In this document: positions 24,388 to 36,506 of the stretch, piece after piece
How positions within the stretch are numbered: the first letter of the stretch is position 1
Layout: each line of letters starts with the position of its first letter
DNA from: Octopus bimaculoides
Taxonomy: Eukaryota
Assembly (NCBI RefSeq): GCF_001194135.2
Contig: NC_068986.1
Location: 109,482,575 to 109,531,947, forward strand
DNA length: 49,373 bases
Direction: 5' to 3'
Translations under genes and position numbers: made by a program
Notes under the pieces: generated by a model
The model's database searches: none
The model's input: the letters and a program-made list of their open reading frames with translations, nothing else
What the model was told of the DNA's origin: nothing

Positions 24388-24859
24388 TTAACCCTTTCAT
24401 TACCAATCCAGCTGAAACTAACTCTGTATTACAAATGTCTTGTTTTCATAAGTTCTGAATTAAAATCTTCCACCAAACCTTAATCACAATTTATGTTCCT
24501 AACACTAGCTTAATGATAACCAAGTTATTTTACTAAATTCTTTGTTATATATAAAATTAATTGAAAGAAACACAGAGCATCTCAACAGAAATATGGTAAC
24601 AAAAGGGTTAAAATATATAATAGAGAAACAATTCTTAACCTTTTCGATACCAACCTGGCTGAAACCACCCTTGGCTCTGTAGTACAAATGTCTTGTTTTC
24701 AAAAATTCTGTATTAAAATCTTCCTCCTTAGTCACAATTTATGTTCCTAACACTAGCTGAATGATAACTTAGTTATTTTACTAAATTCTTTGTTATATAT
24801 AAAATTAATTGAAAGAAACACAGAGCATCTCAACAGAAATACAGTAATGAAAGGGTTAA
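24388..24859. mobile_element. Two tandem piggyBac-like MITEs (24388-24611, 24635-24859)
   Basis: Each ~224 bp, bounded by TTAA-CC(C/T)TTT ... AAAGGG-TTAA, highly similar internally. A related diverged copy is at 22924-23191; lone ends near 11915 and 24100. Confidence 0.75.
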
Positions 24860-25469
24860 AATTGCTGCAGTTGCAGTGCTCCACAAATGTTTATTCTTCC
24901 ATTCATTGAAAGTTAAACACAAACTGATATAAACAGACAACAAAATGTGGCCCAGCTGAATGACTCATTAATAAAGTGGTGACCTCCACCATAGAATGAA
25001 AGGGTTTATTCAATAGGTCTAGATTCAAAATGAGGAAATCTTTCAGATATCTATGTCATGAAATACACAAAAAACTATGAGGCTGGGAGATATATCTGGC
25101 CCCTCTTGCCCCAGTATATCTTGCACCAATTAATTTCATTCCCTGACGCACATTCTGAATCAGTCCACAGACACCCCAACACTTCTTTCTCATATCAAAT
25201 CCTAACCTCTAAACTGAGACTGGAGTCTATCAACATACCATGTCATCTGACCACTGCTTCACCATTATTGCCCAACACAATCACATTCAAACGGTGTTAC
25301 CTTCCCACCCACCATGACACTATGGCCAACTGAATTGACCAGAGCTCTGCAGTTCTGTCACTTCTCCCTGGTACCATATCTGCTTCCTTCCAGACCCAAC
25401 AGAAACAATTAGATGAGTGCGTGAAACTCATTCTTTTAGTTATGTCTTTCCACATCCTGTCACACAGCA

Positions 25470-26210
25470 AAAACTATATTCCAAGTCTTCAGTGCATCCA
25501 CTTAGCCCTGATCCTGAAATCACTAACTACCAGTCTATGTTGTGGGGTACATTCTTCGCCTGGGAAGGTTTTGGCATTTATAAGCAGCCATCTTTCCCTT
25601 TTTCTGGAGAGGATGTAGTCAATTTGGCTAGTGTGTCTGCCAGAACAGTTGGTGACTAGGTGACTGGCAGGTTCCCTGAAGTAAGTATTGCAAACCATGT
25701 TGTCCAACATGTCCATTGAAGTCACCAGCCACAAAGAGAAGATCCCTGTCATTCGTCAACGAGTTAGTCTGCAAAGGGTGTCATAAAATCGGTCTTTCTG
25801 TCCATCGGGTAGTCCCGGCTGAGGAGTATAGGCCGAGATAATGGTTGTAAACCCATGATGAAGCACTAATCTAATCTTAAGTATTCTGTCGCATACTCTG
25901 ACTACCTTGAATACCTTAACCCATTTCTCTGCAAGAAGTATACCCACGCCCCCGACCCCATCAGTGTTCTCTGCCCAGAAAATCTTGTACCTGTGTTCTT
26001 TGCCTGTGAGGAACCTTGCGAAACCTCCTCTCCACCTTACATCTTGGATGCAGCACATATCGACACACCTCTATTCAAGCATCTCAACAATCTCACCAGA
26101 CCTACCTTTCAGTGTGCCGACATTGAGAGTGCCAACCCTGAAGGTGTGGGAGGTATGGGCCCAGGAAACCCTGGGATGGGGGACAGCAGCATCATGTACC
26201 TGAAAAGAAA
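25470..26210 (-). mobile_element. RTE-clade LINE, AP-endonuclease region, decayed
   Basis: RVGTLNVGTLKGRSGEIVEML, CCIQDVRWRG, GVGGVGILLAEKW, IISAYTPQPG, SQIDYIL, GEECTPQHRLVV motifs across stops and frameshifts. Confidence 0.9.
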
Positions 26211-26237
26211 GCTCGCATTTGGCAGAATTCATATATA

Positions 26238-26272
<35 letters not shown>

Positions 26273-28816
26273 ATGCCAACCATCACTTGACAACTAATGC
26301 TGGTGTGTTTATGTCCATGTAACTTAGCATTTTGGCAAAAGAGACCGATAGAATAATACTAGGCTTACAAAAAATAAATCCTGGGATCGATTTATTCAAC
26401 TAACTCCCTTTAAGGTGGTGCTCCAGCATGGCCGTAGACTGGAACAAGCAAAAGAATATCTAAAGTAAAACCTTACGTCATAATTCTAAGAAAGAAACAC
26501 TCATTAAATTGTTCCAAACATCAGCTTAGTTAAATACTTTCCAAAAATCTTAGAAATTCCTTGAAATACATGGATGGTGTATTTCCATCTGAAATATGAA
26601 ACCAAACAAAAGAAAACCTCTTGTGTTTGGTAAAGATTCTATACTGGAGGATATTTTCCATGTGTGTGGATGTGAAGAATATATCAAAAAACATTTCACT
26701 TACATCCACCCACATTATTTAATAATGTGTGTGTGTGTGTGTGTGTGAAAGTCTTTAAATGCCTGTTTCTAAGTCGACGCCCAAATAGTCACAAGCCACA
26801 CAAGATGAAAGTATGAGCCAAGAAAGTGAAATTCTCATTGGACATACTTGCTTAGATAACTTTAGTCTCAGCTATCTTTTCCTCTTGTATTGCCCAAAAC
26901 TTAAAGAATAGTAATCAGTTGTGAGTTGATTCCTGACAATGTGCGTGTGTGTGTTGTGGTAGGGTGAAAGTAAGAGTGAGAGAGAAAGAGAAATGGCCTG
27001 AGGTTGTGTTTAGAGGTGTACAGGGGTGCATCAGGTTTTTTTAGGTCATTTGTACGAATTTAGAAAAATATGCTCATCAAAGAAAAGCTGTATTTGAAAA
27101 CAAGTTGCTAGAAATAAACTTGAGGATCCTTTTATCAGACCTATTCAATGAATCCATTGTTAGCAACAATGGCTGCTTCAAACAGGGTCGGAAGCATTGA
27201 CATGCCCGAAACAGATGATCTTTATCAATTTTGGACAAAGTAATGTAGAACAGTAAAATGCAGGAATTAAGTACATATTCAAACCAAAACAGGTTTGTTT
27301 TTTGTTAACCACAAATTCTATCAGTACTAAATGAAATTAAATAAATGTAATTCCAGCTGGGAATGCCACTGAGACTAAATTTTCCCCAAGTTAAAAAAAA
27401 AATGGTACCTCATCGCGTACAACGATGAATATTCTAGTTGATCCAGTCAACAAATTAAGTCGATTATATCGACCCCAGTGTGTAACTGGTACTAATGTTT
27501 CTGCCAGTTCACCGCCTTTGTAGAGATAAACAGGTTTAGCTTAAACAGTTATTTCAATCACTGGACAACATTACTTGAAGAAATCATCGTCGTCTAATTA
27601 TATGTTGCTGAGATCGTGGGCGTCCTTTTGTCTTTTACTTGTTTCAGTCATTAGACTGTGGCCATGCTGGAGCACCACCTTGAAGACTTTTAGTCAAATG
27701 AATAGACCCAGTACTTTTTTTTCCTTCACAAGCCTGGGAATTATTCTATTAGTCTCCTTCGCCAAAGAGTTCAGTCACAGGGTTGTAAACACACCAACAC
27801 CAGTTATCAAGAGGTGGTGAGGGACTGACAGACAGACACACACATATATACATACACATGACAGGCTTCTTTCAGTTTCCATCTACCAAATTCACTCAAG
27901 GTTTTGGCTGGTCCGAGACTATAATAGAAGACATTTGCCCAAGGTGTCATGCAGTGGGACTGAACCTGGATCCATGTGATTAGGAAGCAAACGTCTTACC
28001 ATATAGCTACACCCGTAATTTTTGTTTTCTTTCTTTATAGAGAACCTCCTACACAGTCGCTTAATCTAGAACTAATAGCTAAATCTGCAGCAAATCACAC
28101 ACACCCTACCAGCTCAATAAAGAAGACATTGGATACTGTAGCCCTAAAGACAGTAGGTTTGGATTAAAGATGGGATCATCACAACTATCTTTGATTATAG
28201 AACTGGGTCTAAAGAATAAGAACTGGCCAATATCGAACCGATCAAAGTCTATGTAGTATTTCTAGTTTTCCTAGGCCAGCCAGAAATAACAACCAAATCT
28301 CCTTCAAATCACACATTGATTATGAAATAGCACGCATTTGATAATATCGTCCAAAAATTGTCTACAAAAAGAAAAAAGGGTGCCACGGTTGGAATGTCTG
28401 ATCATAAGTCAGTTTGATCAAGGTTAATCTGATGGGTGTGGGGTTAACAGGGGCATAAAACAAAATTACGACAAATGTACAGGAATTAGCTAAGCAACAG
28501 AACAATGCACAGACGTTGGTGAATGAAACATATGTTCAAACCAGTGCCGCCGCGTGACAATGACAAAATACGCTTGATGCATTGGTTGAGTTTGGCGGAT
28601 TATTAAACTAGTTGTGAGTTGTTTGCAGCTGTGATTCGTACACCTGTCTTGTAAAACAATGGAGTCTAAATTCACTAATATTTCAGCACTTTTGTATCAC
28701 CTGGGGTCACGTAATACTTTTCTTTTCAGTGACTGTCCTTGCCGTATGATATAATACATTCAACAAAGAGCGAGTGCGCCCGCCTTTCTCTCTGTACAGT
28801 TCAGTTGTTAACTGAC

Positions 28817-28878
28817 CTCTGTCTTGGCGGATTTGAACAACAGAAACTCCGGTTATTAGAATCGCCCACGCACGACAT
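28817..28878 (-). CDS. Candidate alternative first exon (MSCVGDSNNRSFCCSNPPRQ+AG)
   Basis: Open frame from ATG to donor GAG|gtcagt in a CpG-richer patch; no homology recognised. Confidence 0.25.
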
Positions 28879-30423
28879 TACATTGCTAACACCCTTTAAA
28901 ACTAGGGAGCCTCTACGTAGACACTCAACTTGCCAGTGATAATAGTCAAATACCCCCAAATCACACTCATTCGTCTTTCAATGATGTAGTTTTAAATATC
29001 TTGTATTAGAAAATAAGATAGGATGGTCGCGGCTGGAACGATTTTGATCACGTGTCTGATCAACAAAGGCTAACCAAGTGTGTCACGCTATTGTTTTTCT
29101 CATCTGAGAAAATAAAATGCAGACTGCGTGCCTTCCTAAGCAATCGATTATTAAGCATGGTATCTTAATCCAGAGAGACGGAAGGTCAGTATCATGTCCA
29201 TAGCACTTAACTTCCCATCCCCACCCCACCCCCCACCCCAAAAAAGAAAAAACATTGGTCATTAAACTAATTTGTGTTGTACATCGTCAGTGCGTAGGTC
29301 GGTATCTGACGAATATGTTGTTTAACCATAGGCAAAACATGAGCAAACAGGCCTATGATCAAAACCACTCCAACCATGCTCATCCAGTCTCTTTGTTGTA
29401 AAGCACTACACTAATATATTGTATGTTTATTTCAGACGGTAGGGAGCCATCTGGGGGAAACCGCACCCCACTCGTTAGTTTGTAGGATGAACAATAAATC
29501 TATCATTAGGTCATCGACAAAAGCAGTATTTAAGTAAAACACATGGTGGAACCTTGGAATACGACACGACACGACACGACACTTGGAAGCTATCAGTGAC
29601 GAGTTGACAGACGGAGTGAAACACACAAGAAACACTGACAAATTCTCAAAAGGAATCCAGAATGAAATTATAAAGTAAAAGTACATTTTCGCACACATAT
29701 ACTGTGTGTGTGTGGGGGGGGGGAGTATGTAAGAAGAGTAACGACAAAAGATTGCTTGACACAGCAGACAGATAAAAGTATGTTGAAATACATACGAGAA
29801 AGACTTACTAAATAAAATAACAACAATAATAATAATATAAAGCAAATTAATCTGATGTCTGTTTTATAACTAAATGTTAGTTACATATGTTATCTTAGTA
29901 AAACTGGAATAAACAGAAACGTAATGCAAATATCCTTGTTGCAACAAAAAATAAAAAGAAACTGATGAAGTTGATAGGAAACTGAAGATGAAATTTGAAC
30001 GAAGACAGTGTAAAGTTTGCCACAGATAAATAGTGTTGTTGTTAAGATAACAAGAATTTTTAAAATGTGGCGAAGACAGAAGTATTTAATATTTTGACAT
30101 TTCTTTTATCTCGAGTTCGACTTAGAGAAAACAGAAGTAAATATCACAGCAAGGAGTCGGAAAAACAAGAAATTATTCAGACTTCCACTGGTAGAATCAT
30201 TATAATCATTCTATGTGTGCGTGTATATATATATATATATATATATNNNNNNNNNNNNNNNNNNNNNNNNNNNNNNNNNNNNNNNNNNNNNNNNNNNNNN
30301 NNNNNNNNNNNNNNNNNNNNNNNNNNNNNNNNNNNNNNNNNNNNNNNNNNNNNNNNNNNNNNNNNNNNNNNNNNNNNNNNNNNNNNNNNNNNNNNNNNNN
30401 NNNNNNNNNNNNNNNNNNNNNNN

Positions 30424-30649
30424 ATAAACTCACCACTCCCATAATTATATCGGATATAAATTCTTGGCCCAAAAAATATACACAGAAATTAAATGGTTTT
30501 AACACTCACACACATATTATAAGGTTTTTAACTTTTAAATTTTCATATTCAAAAGAGACAGAGACTTCATATAACGGTTGCTACATCCTCTGGAAAATTA
30601 TTATTATATATATATATATCCGATATAATTATGGGAGTGGTGAGTTTAT
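30424..30649. repeat. Perfect 35-bp inverted repeat around a 156-bp spacer
   Basis: ATAAACTCACCACTCCCATAATTATATCGGATATA (30424-30458) and its reverse complement (30615-30649). Confidence 0.85.
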
Positions 30650-30850
30650 GAATAAAGCTAGTGTTTTAGATAAAACAAATATGTATTTCATTTGTTTCGC
30701 GTAATTTTCTAAGTCTGCATTTAAAATGTGTCTCTTGGTCGCCTCGCTTATTCATACAATTAACATGTTTTATGTTGGTTTTTCTGTTCGACAAGTAAAA
30801 AAAAAAAAATAAATAACATTTTAGTCTTTACAGTCATATAAAATACTTAC

Positions 30851-31300
30851 TCGCCCATTTTCCCGTCGTAGCAGCAGCTGATAATAATAGTAAAAAGATA
30901 TTAAATCCAAGTATAATATGTGGAGCAAGGTGCTGCTGAAATGCGCAGGATGAAATGTGAAGGGGAGATCTATGAATGAGAAAAACGTAACGAGGTTTGA
31001 ATACGTTGTACGGATGGACAGAATGGAAATAAATAGCAATCGCAGATGGTTTGTCAGTTGCTGTGGAAACGCAGTAGGCGTCTGTCGGAAGCTGGTTGTA
31101 CAGCAGGAATTAATTAATGTACTTGTTTTCGGGTGGGAGGATTCGATCTCGGTAAAACGAACTCACCGAACCACCTATCGAGTCACTGATTCAAAGCTTC
31201 GTCAATAGAATCTATTTTTTCTCTCATTCTTTTTACGGTGCCTGTTGTATTTCTTGTAATTAAATTACAGTATATAACAGCAGCTCTCAAGCTTTTTTCA
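30851..31300 (-). promoter_or_regulatory. Candidate first exon/promoter region ending ATGGGCGA|gtaagt
   Basis: Locally CpG-richer unique sequence, gggaaaATGG Kozak context at 30858, consensus donor gtaagt at 30850-30845. Downstream partner exon not identified. Confidence 0.4.
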
Positions 31301-32066
31301 TTTCGTCACGCATTGGAGATCAAGTGGGAACCCCCCCCCCCCAAAAAAAAAAGCAACAAAAGCTGGCGTATTTCGTATGAAAAGTAACACTTCACTCTTA
31401 CACTTTAAGCGTAAAGATAAAGAAAAATAATTTTTTTATTAAAGTCTAAGATTTAGAAAAATGTAGAAAACCATCTCGTTTTATAAACCATACTTAGGAA
31501 AATGATTTAATAATAAAAGAAAACTAAACTGGATCTCCATTATATGACAACGCTTTAGTGAGTTTTGTAAATGTTTCGTTGTCCCAAGATGAAAAATAAC
31601 AAAAAGGTTACCCTGAAGAATGGTGAGAAATGGACGCGGGAAAGGGCCATTCCCCGTCGTAGGATTCATTTCTACAGATGGTAATCGCTCTCCTCCCGAT
31701 TAGTTTCTAGCTTGAGGAAGTGATTCAGGGACCCAATAAACCAGACTTTTCTAAATTTCTACCGGTTTCGGTTCGAAACGAACCAGTCGGAGAGCAACTG
31801 GCGAATACAGCTAACATGGTTCGAAATATATATACTTTGACGTGAAAATGATGGTGTGGCCACAACTCAGTCAGGGGTGACTTATATCAAAACAACAACA
31901 ATGACAACCCCTATTAAAATAACCAGACTCGAATATTTAGAACACTCTCTATTTAACTTATTTACAACACTGGAAAATAAAAAGGAACAAATAGGGATTT
32001 CAGCTTAGCCATTTTGGCGTTGCGTATTTGGCGTTTCTGATTCGGCAGTCTTACTTGAGAGTAGAC

Positions 32067-32145
<79 letters not shown>

Positions 32146-33433
32146 GCGCGCTCGCGCGCTCTGTGTGTGTGTGTATGTGTGCTTCTTGCACCAAAACTAC
32201 TGTCACCAAAATAGGCTGAATGTTCAAATAATCAGCGTTCAAACTGCACCCAGTCCGTCTCATTCTGGGGCAAATATCTTTGAAGTGCTTGTAATCTGAT
32301 GTAAGACTTTATGTCATCACCGGGCTGTCATAGTCTGCCAGGTTTTGTTTGTATGTTGAAATGTAGAATAGAAATTAAAAAGGTTTTAATTTATTCAGAA
32401 AATTCACAAAAATAAAGGAGAAATACAGCAATATCCTGGCTATGATTGAATGTTTTACAAGAACCAAGTGAGTCTAATACAAGACGTGTAACAATTATAA
32501 ATACTGAATGAACATATACGAGTTCATTCTTCCTTTGTTGTAGAAAGACCATAACCAACCATATCTGTCAGGAAACCTAGAGCCCCAAGTTGAGTTTGGA
32601 ATTTCAGTTACCCTGTTTTGCTGGAGTGACACAACTAGTAAAGAGGAAGAGGAAGAGGTGCATTTGTTGTGGTGAAGACCCAACTGGAATATTGAGCCCC
32701 CATAATAATAATTCACTGCCAATAGGTGATTTGGTAGGAAATCTGGTACCACCAACAGATTGTTCAATTCTTAGCAAGTGTTGTCATGACCTCTCTATCA
32801 CCATGTCTCACCTCTGTTGCAGATGGCATGAAAAAGAGGGAAACTTTTCTTACCACTTACTGACGTGACGTCATCTCTCCCCTTTCTGGTCTTCCTTCCA
32901 CCACAGTATTACTAGATAGTGGACACAGTGTTGATTTTCAACCATTTAGAAAATTCAAAAATGCATAGATGCAGTGGACTTGCATCAGTTAATTCCATCT
33001 TGTTTGCTCGAATAAACTGACAAAATAGAACTTTTACCAAAAGATGAAAGTCAAAATGATAATCAGTTGTAATTGGGAGAATGGTATTGGAATAGGAATG
33101 GGGGAAAAAATTCATTTGATGTTTAGCTTGTAGCTAAGCCGAATGGGTACGTTGTTGATGATATTACAGGAGAAAATACTGCCAAATTTAACAGCTTTCG
33201 GAATAATCTTATTGTGAGTCATTCAACTTAGCCCTTACCATATGGCCTGCAAGATGTAGTTCTGTATATAACTTCTGCTCATTGATTCAAATTATCTTTT
33301 GTGTCCTTCGACAGCAACAAAACATTGTAAATAGCCTCTCAATGTAAAGATCTGAATAATGAGTCCTATAATTAAAATTTAAAAAACAGCAAAAAATATT
33401 AAAACAAATCTTTTTTACTTGCATAGTAAACTA

Positions 33434-34075
33434 TGAGGGGAAGTCAAAAATTGTTTGGACTTTTGCCATAACATATCTTTATTATTGTCACATTGCCTTC
33501 TGTGCATGCATGCTTATAGTTGGTACTATTGTGGTCACATGATCAAAGTTTGAGCCTGATCACACCATTTTTCTTTCTGGCTTTACAGTGTAAGCAAGGC
33601 AGCTCCACTAGCAATGTGCAGCAAAGAAGAACAAAGAGTATTGATCCGATTTCTCTGGTCGGAAGTTGTGTCAGGTGCTGAAATTCATTGGAGGCTTTTA
33701 GCACAATATGGGGACAGTGCACTACCACGTAGAAATGTGTATGAGTGGACTGAAAAGTTTAAAAGTGGCCAGACAAGCATGATGATATGAAGAAGGAGTA
33801 GGACAAGAAGATTCAGCAAGCTCGAGAGATGGTAATGGTGAACCAGTTCACCATTTCTCGCATCACTGCTCTTTGTTCTTCTTTGGTAGACAATGCTGGT
33901 GGAGCGGCCATACTTACACTGTAAAGCCACAAAGAAAAATGGTGTGACAAGGCTCAAACTTTGATCACATGACCACAATAGTACCAACTATAAGCATGCA
34001 TGCACAGAAGGCAGTGTGAGACAATAATAAAGATATGTTATGGCAAAAGTGCAGATAATTTTAGATTTCCCCTCG
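33434..34075 (+). mobile_element. Non-autonomous mariner derivative with ~215-bp inverted arms and TA target duplication
   Basis: TA|TGAGGGG ... CCCCTCG|TA termini; 33614-33790 encodes MCSKEEQRVLIRFLWSEVVSGAEIHWRLLAQYGDSALPRRNVYEWTEKFKSGQTS, a mariner transposase N-terminal HTH; no catalytic domain. Confidence 0.9.
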
Positions 34076-34489
34076 TAAATTTTAAACATTTTCTAGACTT
34101 AGCCTGAGCAAATGTATTAAAGAAACTGAAAATATTCATTTCATGTAGCAATTCAAGTTTAATGGATGACTATTTCTCAGTTTTGGAATAAAATGTCTTT
34201 CAGTGCAGTTGGTAAATATGAGTGACAAATAGATGTTGAAAGTATAGAAAAGTGGTTATACACCATTAGGTGTACACCCGCCTTCCTATATTAAATTCTG
34301 AAGAACAACGAAACGCTGACTCCGAACTATCAACACAACAATATTTATTTATGGAGGAAAATAGGCTTGGTTGCTGAGACGTTGGAATGTTGGAATGAGC
34401 TGTCCCCAGAGTTGGAATGCTGGAGAGACAGCTTGACCCGTCCATGCTCATGGCCGGTTGACCTAGAAAGAGAATGAAAAGAGCGGGAA

Positions 34490-34620
34490 CACTTAGATGT
34501 TGAATTCCACGCATGCGCATGGGACTCTTCTTGTGTTCCTTCCGGAACTATTCCCTGTGCATGTGTGGATGAAAACGCAGTAATGGCGACTGTATTTTGG
34601 CGCCAAATGACGTCACTACA
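34490..34620. promoter_or_regulatory. Probable housekeeping-type promoter, possibly bidirectional
   Basis: Local CpG enrichment; NRF1-like ACGCATGCGCA (~34509-34519), YY1-like AATGGCG (34582-34588), CRE palindrome TGACGTCA (34608-34615). Confidence 0.5.
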
Positions 34621-34647
34621 AAAGCATTTTCTACACAGGAGAACAAG
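34583..34647 (+). CDS. Candidate first coding exon encoding a mitochondrial-presequence-like peptide
   Basis: gtaATGGCG start; MATVFWRQMTSLQKHFLHRRT+AG (basic, no acidic residues); donor AAG|gtttgt; directly downstream of promoter motifs; phase 2 matches the NUDT8 acceptor. Confidence 0.45.
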
Positions 34648-35330
34648 GTTTGTTTGTTATCAAACAACAAAAAACAGAAATTCAACAAGTTTTTGTTTGG
34701 TGCCAGCATGAGAAGAAATGTAAGTTTTAAACGGTTCTATAAACTGCACAAATTCTTCATCAATGCTGTGTTCCAAATTTCTGGGTATAGTTTGACAAGA
34801 CTCGATTATTTCTCTACAGTTTCTTTGATTGTAAACAACTGGAACCAAGGAAAGAATCCAAATACACCATTCACATTTTGATATTCTTTTTAACTTTTTA
34901 AAATTTTTTTGCAGTGCAAAAGAAACCCAAAACTATCGATATTGGCAAGAAATGTTCTGTTTGTTTAACTTCTGTCTGAGATTCAACAAATGGTTAAAGA
35001 GTGTTATAAGCATGGAAATAATTATGCTGGTCAATTTTGGTTTTGTTCTCTTCAAGGTTATTGCTAATAATGTCCACCTTCAATCAACTCTTTGTGTTTT
35101 TGCTTGATATCCTTGGAAGAATCCATGGACTGCACATGCTGAGTTCAAGTCTTGGTCAAAAGATTATACAGAAAAAGGGTCATTTACTAAACTTGAGTGG
35201 TTGGCGTTAGGAAGGGCATCCAGCTGCAGAAACTCTGCCAAATCAGATTGGAGCCTGGTGTAGCCATCTGGTTCACCAGTCCTCAGTCAAATCGTCCAAC
35301 CCATGCCAGCATGGAAAGCAGACGTTAAAC

Positions 35331-35367
<37 letters not shown>

Positions 35368-35595
35368 TAAATACAAATGTTTCAAGTCATAAAAAAACAT
35401 GGAAACATAGAAATACTGGTGTGGCCATTCTTATCCTCATATGCAGTGGACCTAATATTGTGTAGTACCAATGATGACTTAATGACTGAACTCACTAAAA
35501 CATCTGTTAACGAACATCTTATAACAGTCAGCAACGTTGGTATACCAGAAATTTAGAATCCTTCTCTTTTAGATATTGACTTTAACAATGCTTAA

Positions 35596-35803
35596 ACTCT
35601 TTTACTTGTTTCAGTCTTTTGACTGTGGCCATGCTGGAGCACCGCCTTTAGTCGAGTAAATCGACCCCATGACTTATTCTTTGGATGCCTAGTACTTATT
35701 CTATCGGTCTCTTTTGCCGAACCGCTAAGTTACAGGGACATAAACACACCAGCATCGGTTGTCAAGCGATGTTGGGGGGACAAACACAGACATACAAACA
35801 TAT

Positions 35804-35856
<53 letters not shown>

Positions 35857-36016
35857 TATGACGGGCTTCTTTCAGTTTCCGTCTACTAAACCCACTCACA
35901 AGGCTTTGGTCGGCCCAAGGCTATAATAGAAGACACTTGCCCAAGGTGCCACGCAGTGGGACTGAACCCGGAACCATGTGGTTGGTAAGCAAGCTACTTA
36001 CCACACAGCCACTCCA
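35596..36016 (-). mobile_element. SINE family A, near full-length copy
   Basis: Colinear with the reverse complement of 10411-10824 including the internal microsatellite. Confidence 0.85.
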
Positions 36017-36506
36017 TAGAAAAATTTTCTGAATTGGACCCTGTCTCTATAGATTTTGTTTCAAACCAAGTCTTACAATACAAAGGTTCAATCCACAATA
36101 TTATGTGAATTCATTCACTTATAGACAACATTGTTATTTAACCAAAATACAAGCTAAATACTTTCTCTTGAAATACAACCCTAATATAACTTATATGATT
36201 TGAATTCACAATTGTTTTTCTCAGTAATGGTTGTCAATGCCATTGGAAGAAAATGGTTGAAAATAAAAAACAGAAAAATGAATATGTACTAAAACATATA
36301 TAATAAATTCTCGTGTTGACTTCGACATAAGAGGAGTCCAATGGCTGTTAGACCAGACACAGTGATGATTTGTTTCAGGGGTGAAGGCTTTTGGAGGCTC
36401 AGCCACACTTTTTGGAAATTCTGTCACAAACTCAGTTAACAACACACCTGTGGCTTCCATCACTTGTAACAGTTTCTTTTGCCAGGGCTTAGACTCTACA
36501 ACACAC

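Noticed and set aside
24388-24859. Regularly repeated units considered as a CRISPR-like array (also 10850-10920)
   Set aside because: No unique spacers between short repeats, no cas genes, eukaryotic context; explained by tandem MITEs and a minisatellite.
27169-27239. Plus-strand MAASNRVGSIDMPETDDLYQFWT+AA|gtaatg start-like exon; also 38570-38700 TESLLRGKVDRSEIEEEQQRF
   Set aside because: No in-frame partner exon or recognisable homology; overlapping frames on both strands are similarly open.
30843-30850. ATACTTAC matching the U1 snRNA 5' end
   Set aside because: The rest of U1 is absent; it is the reverse complement of a splice donor.
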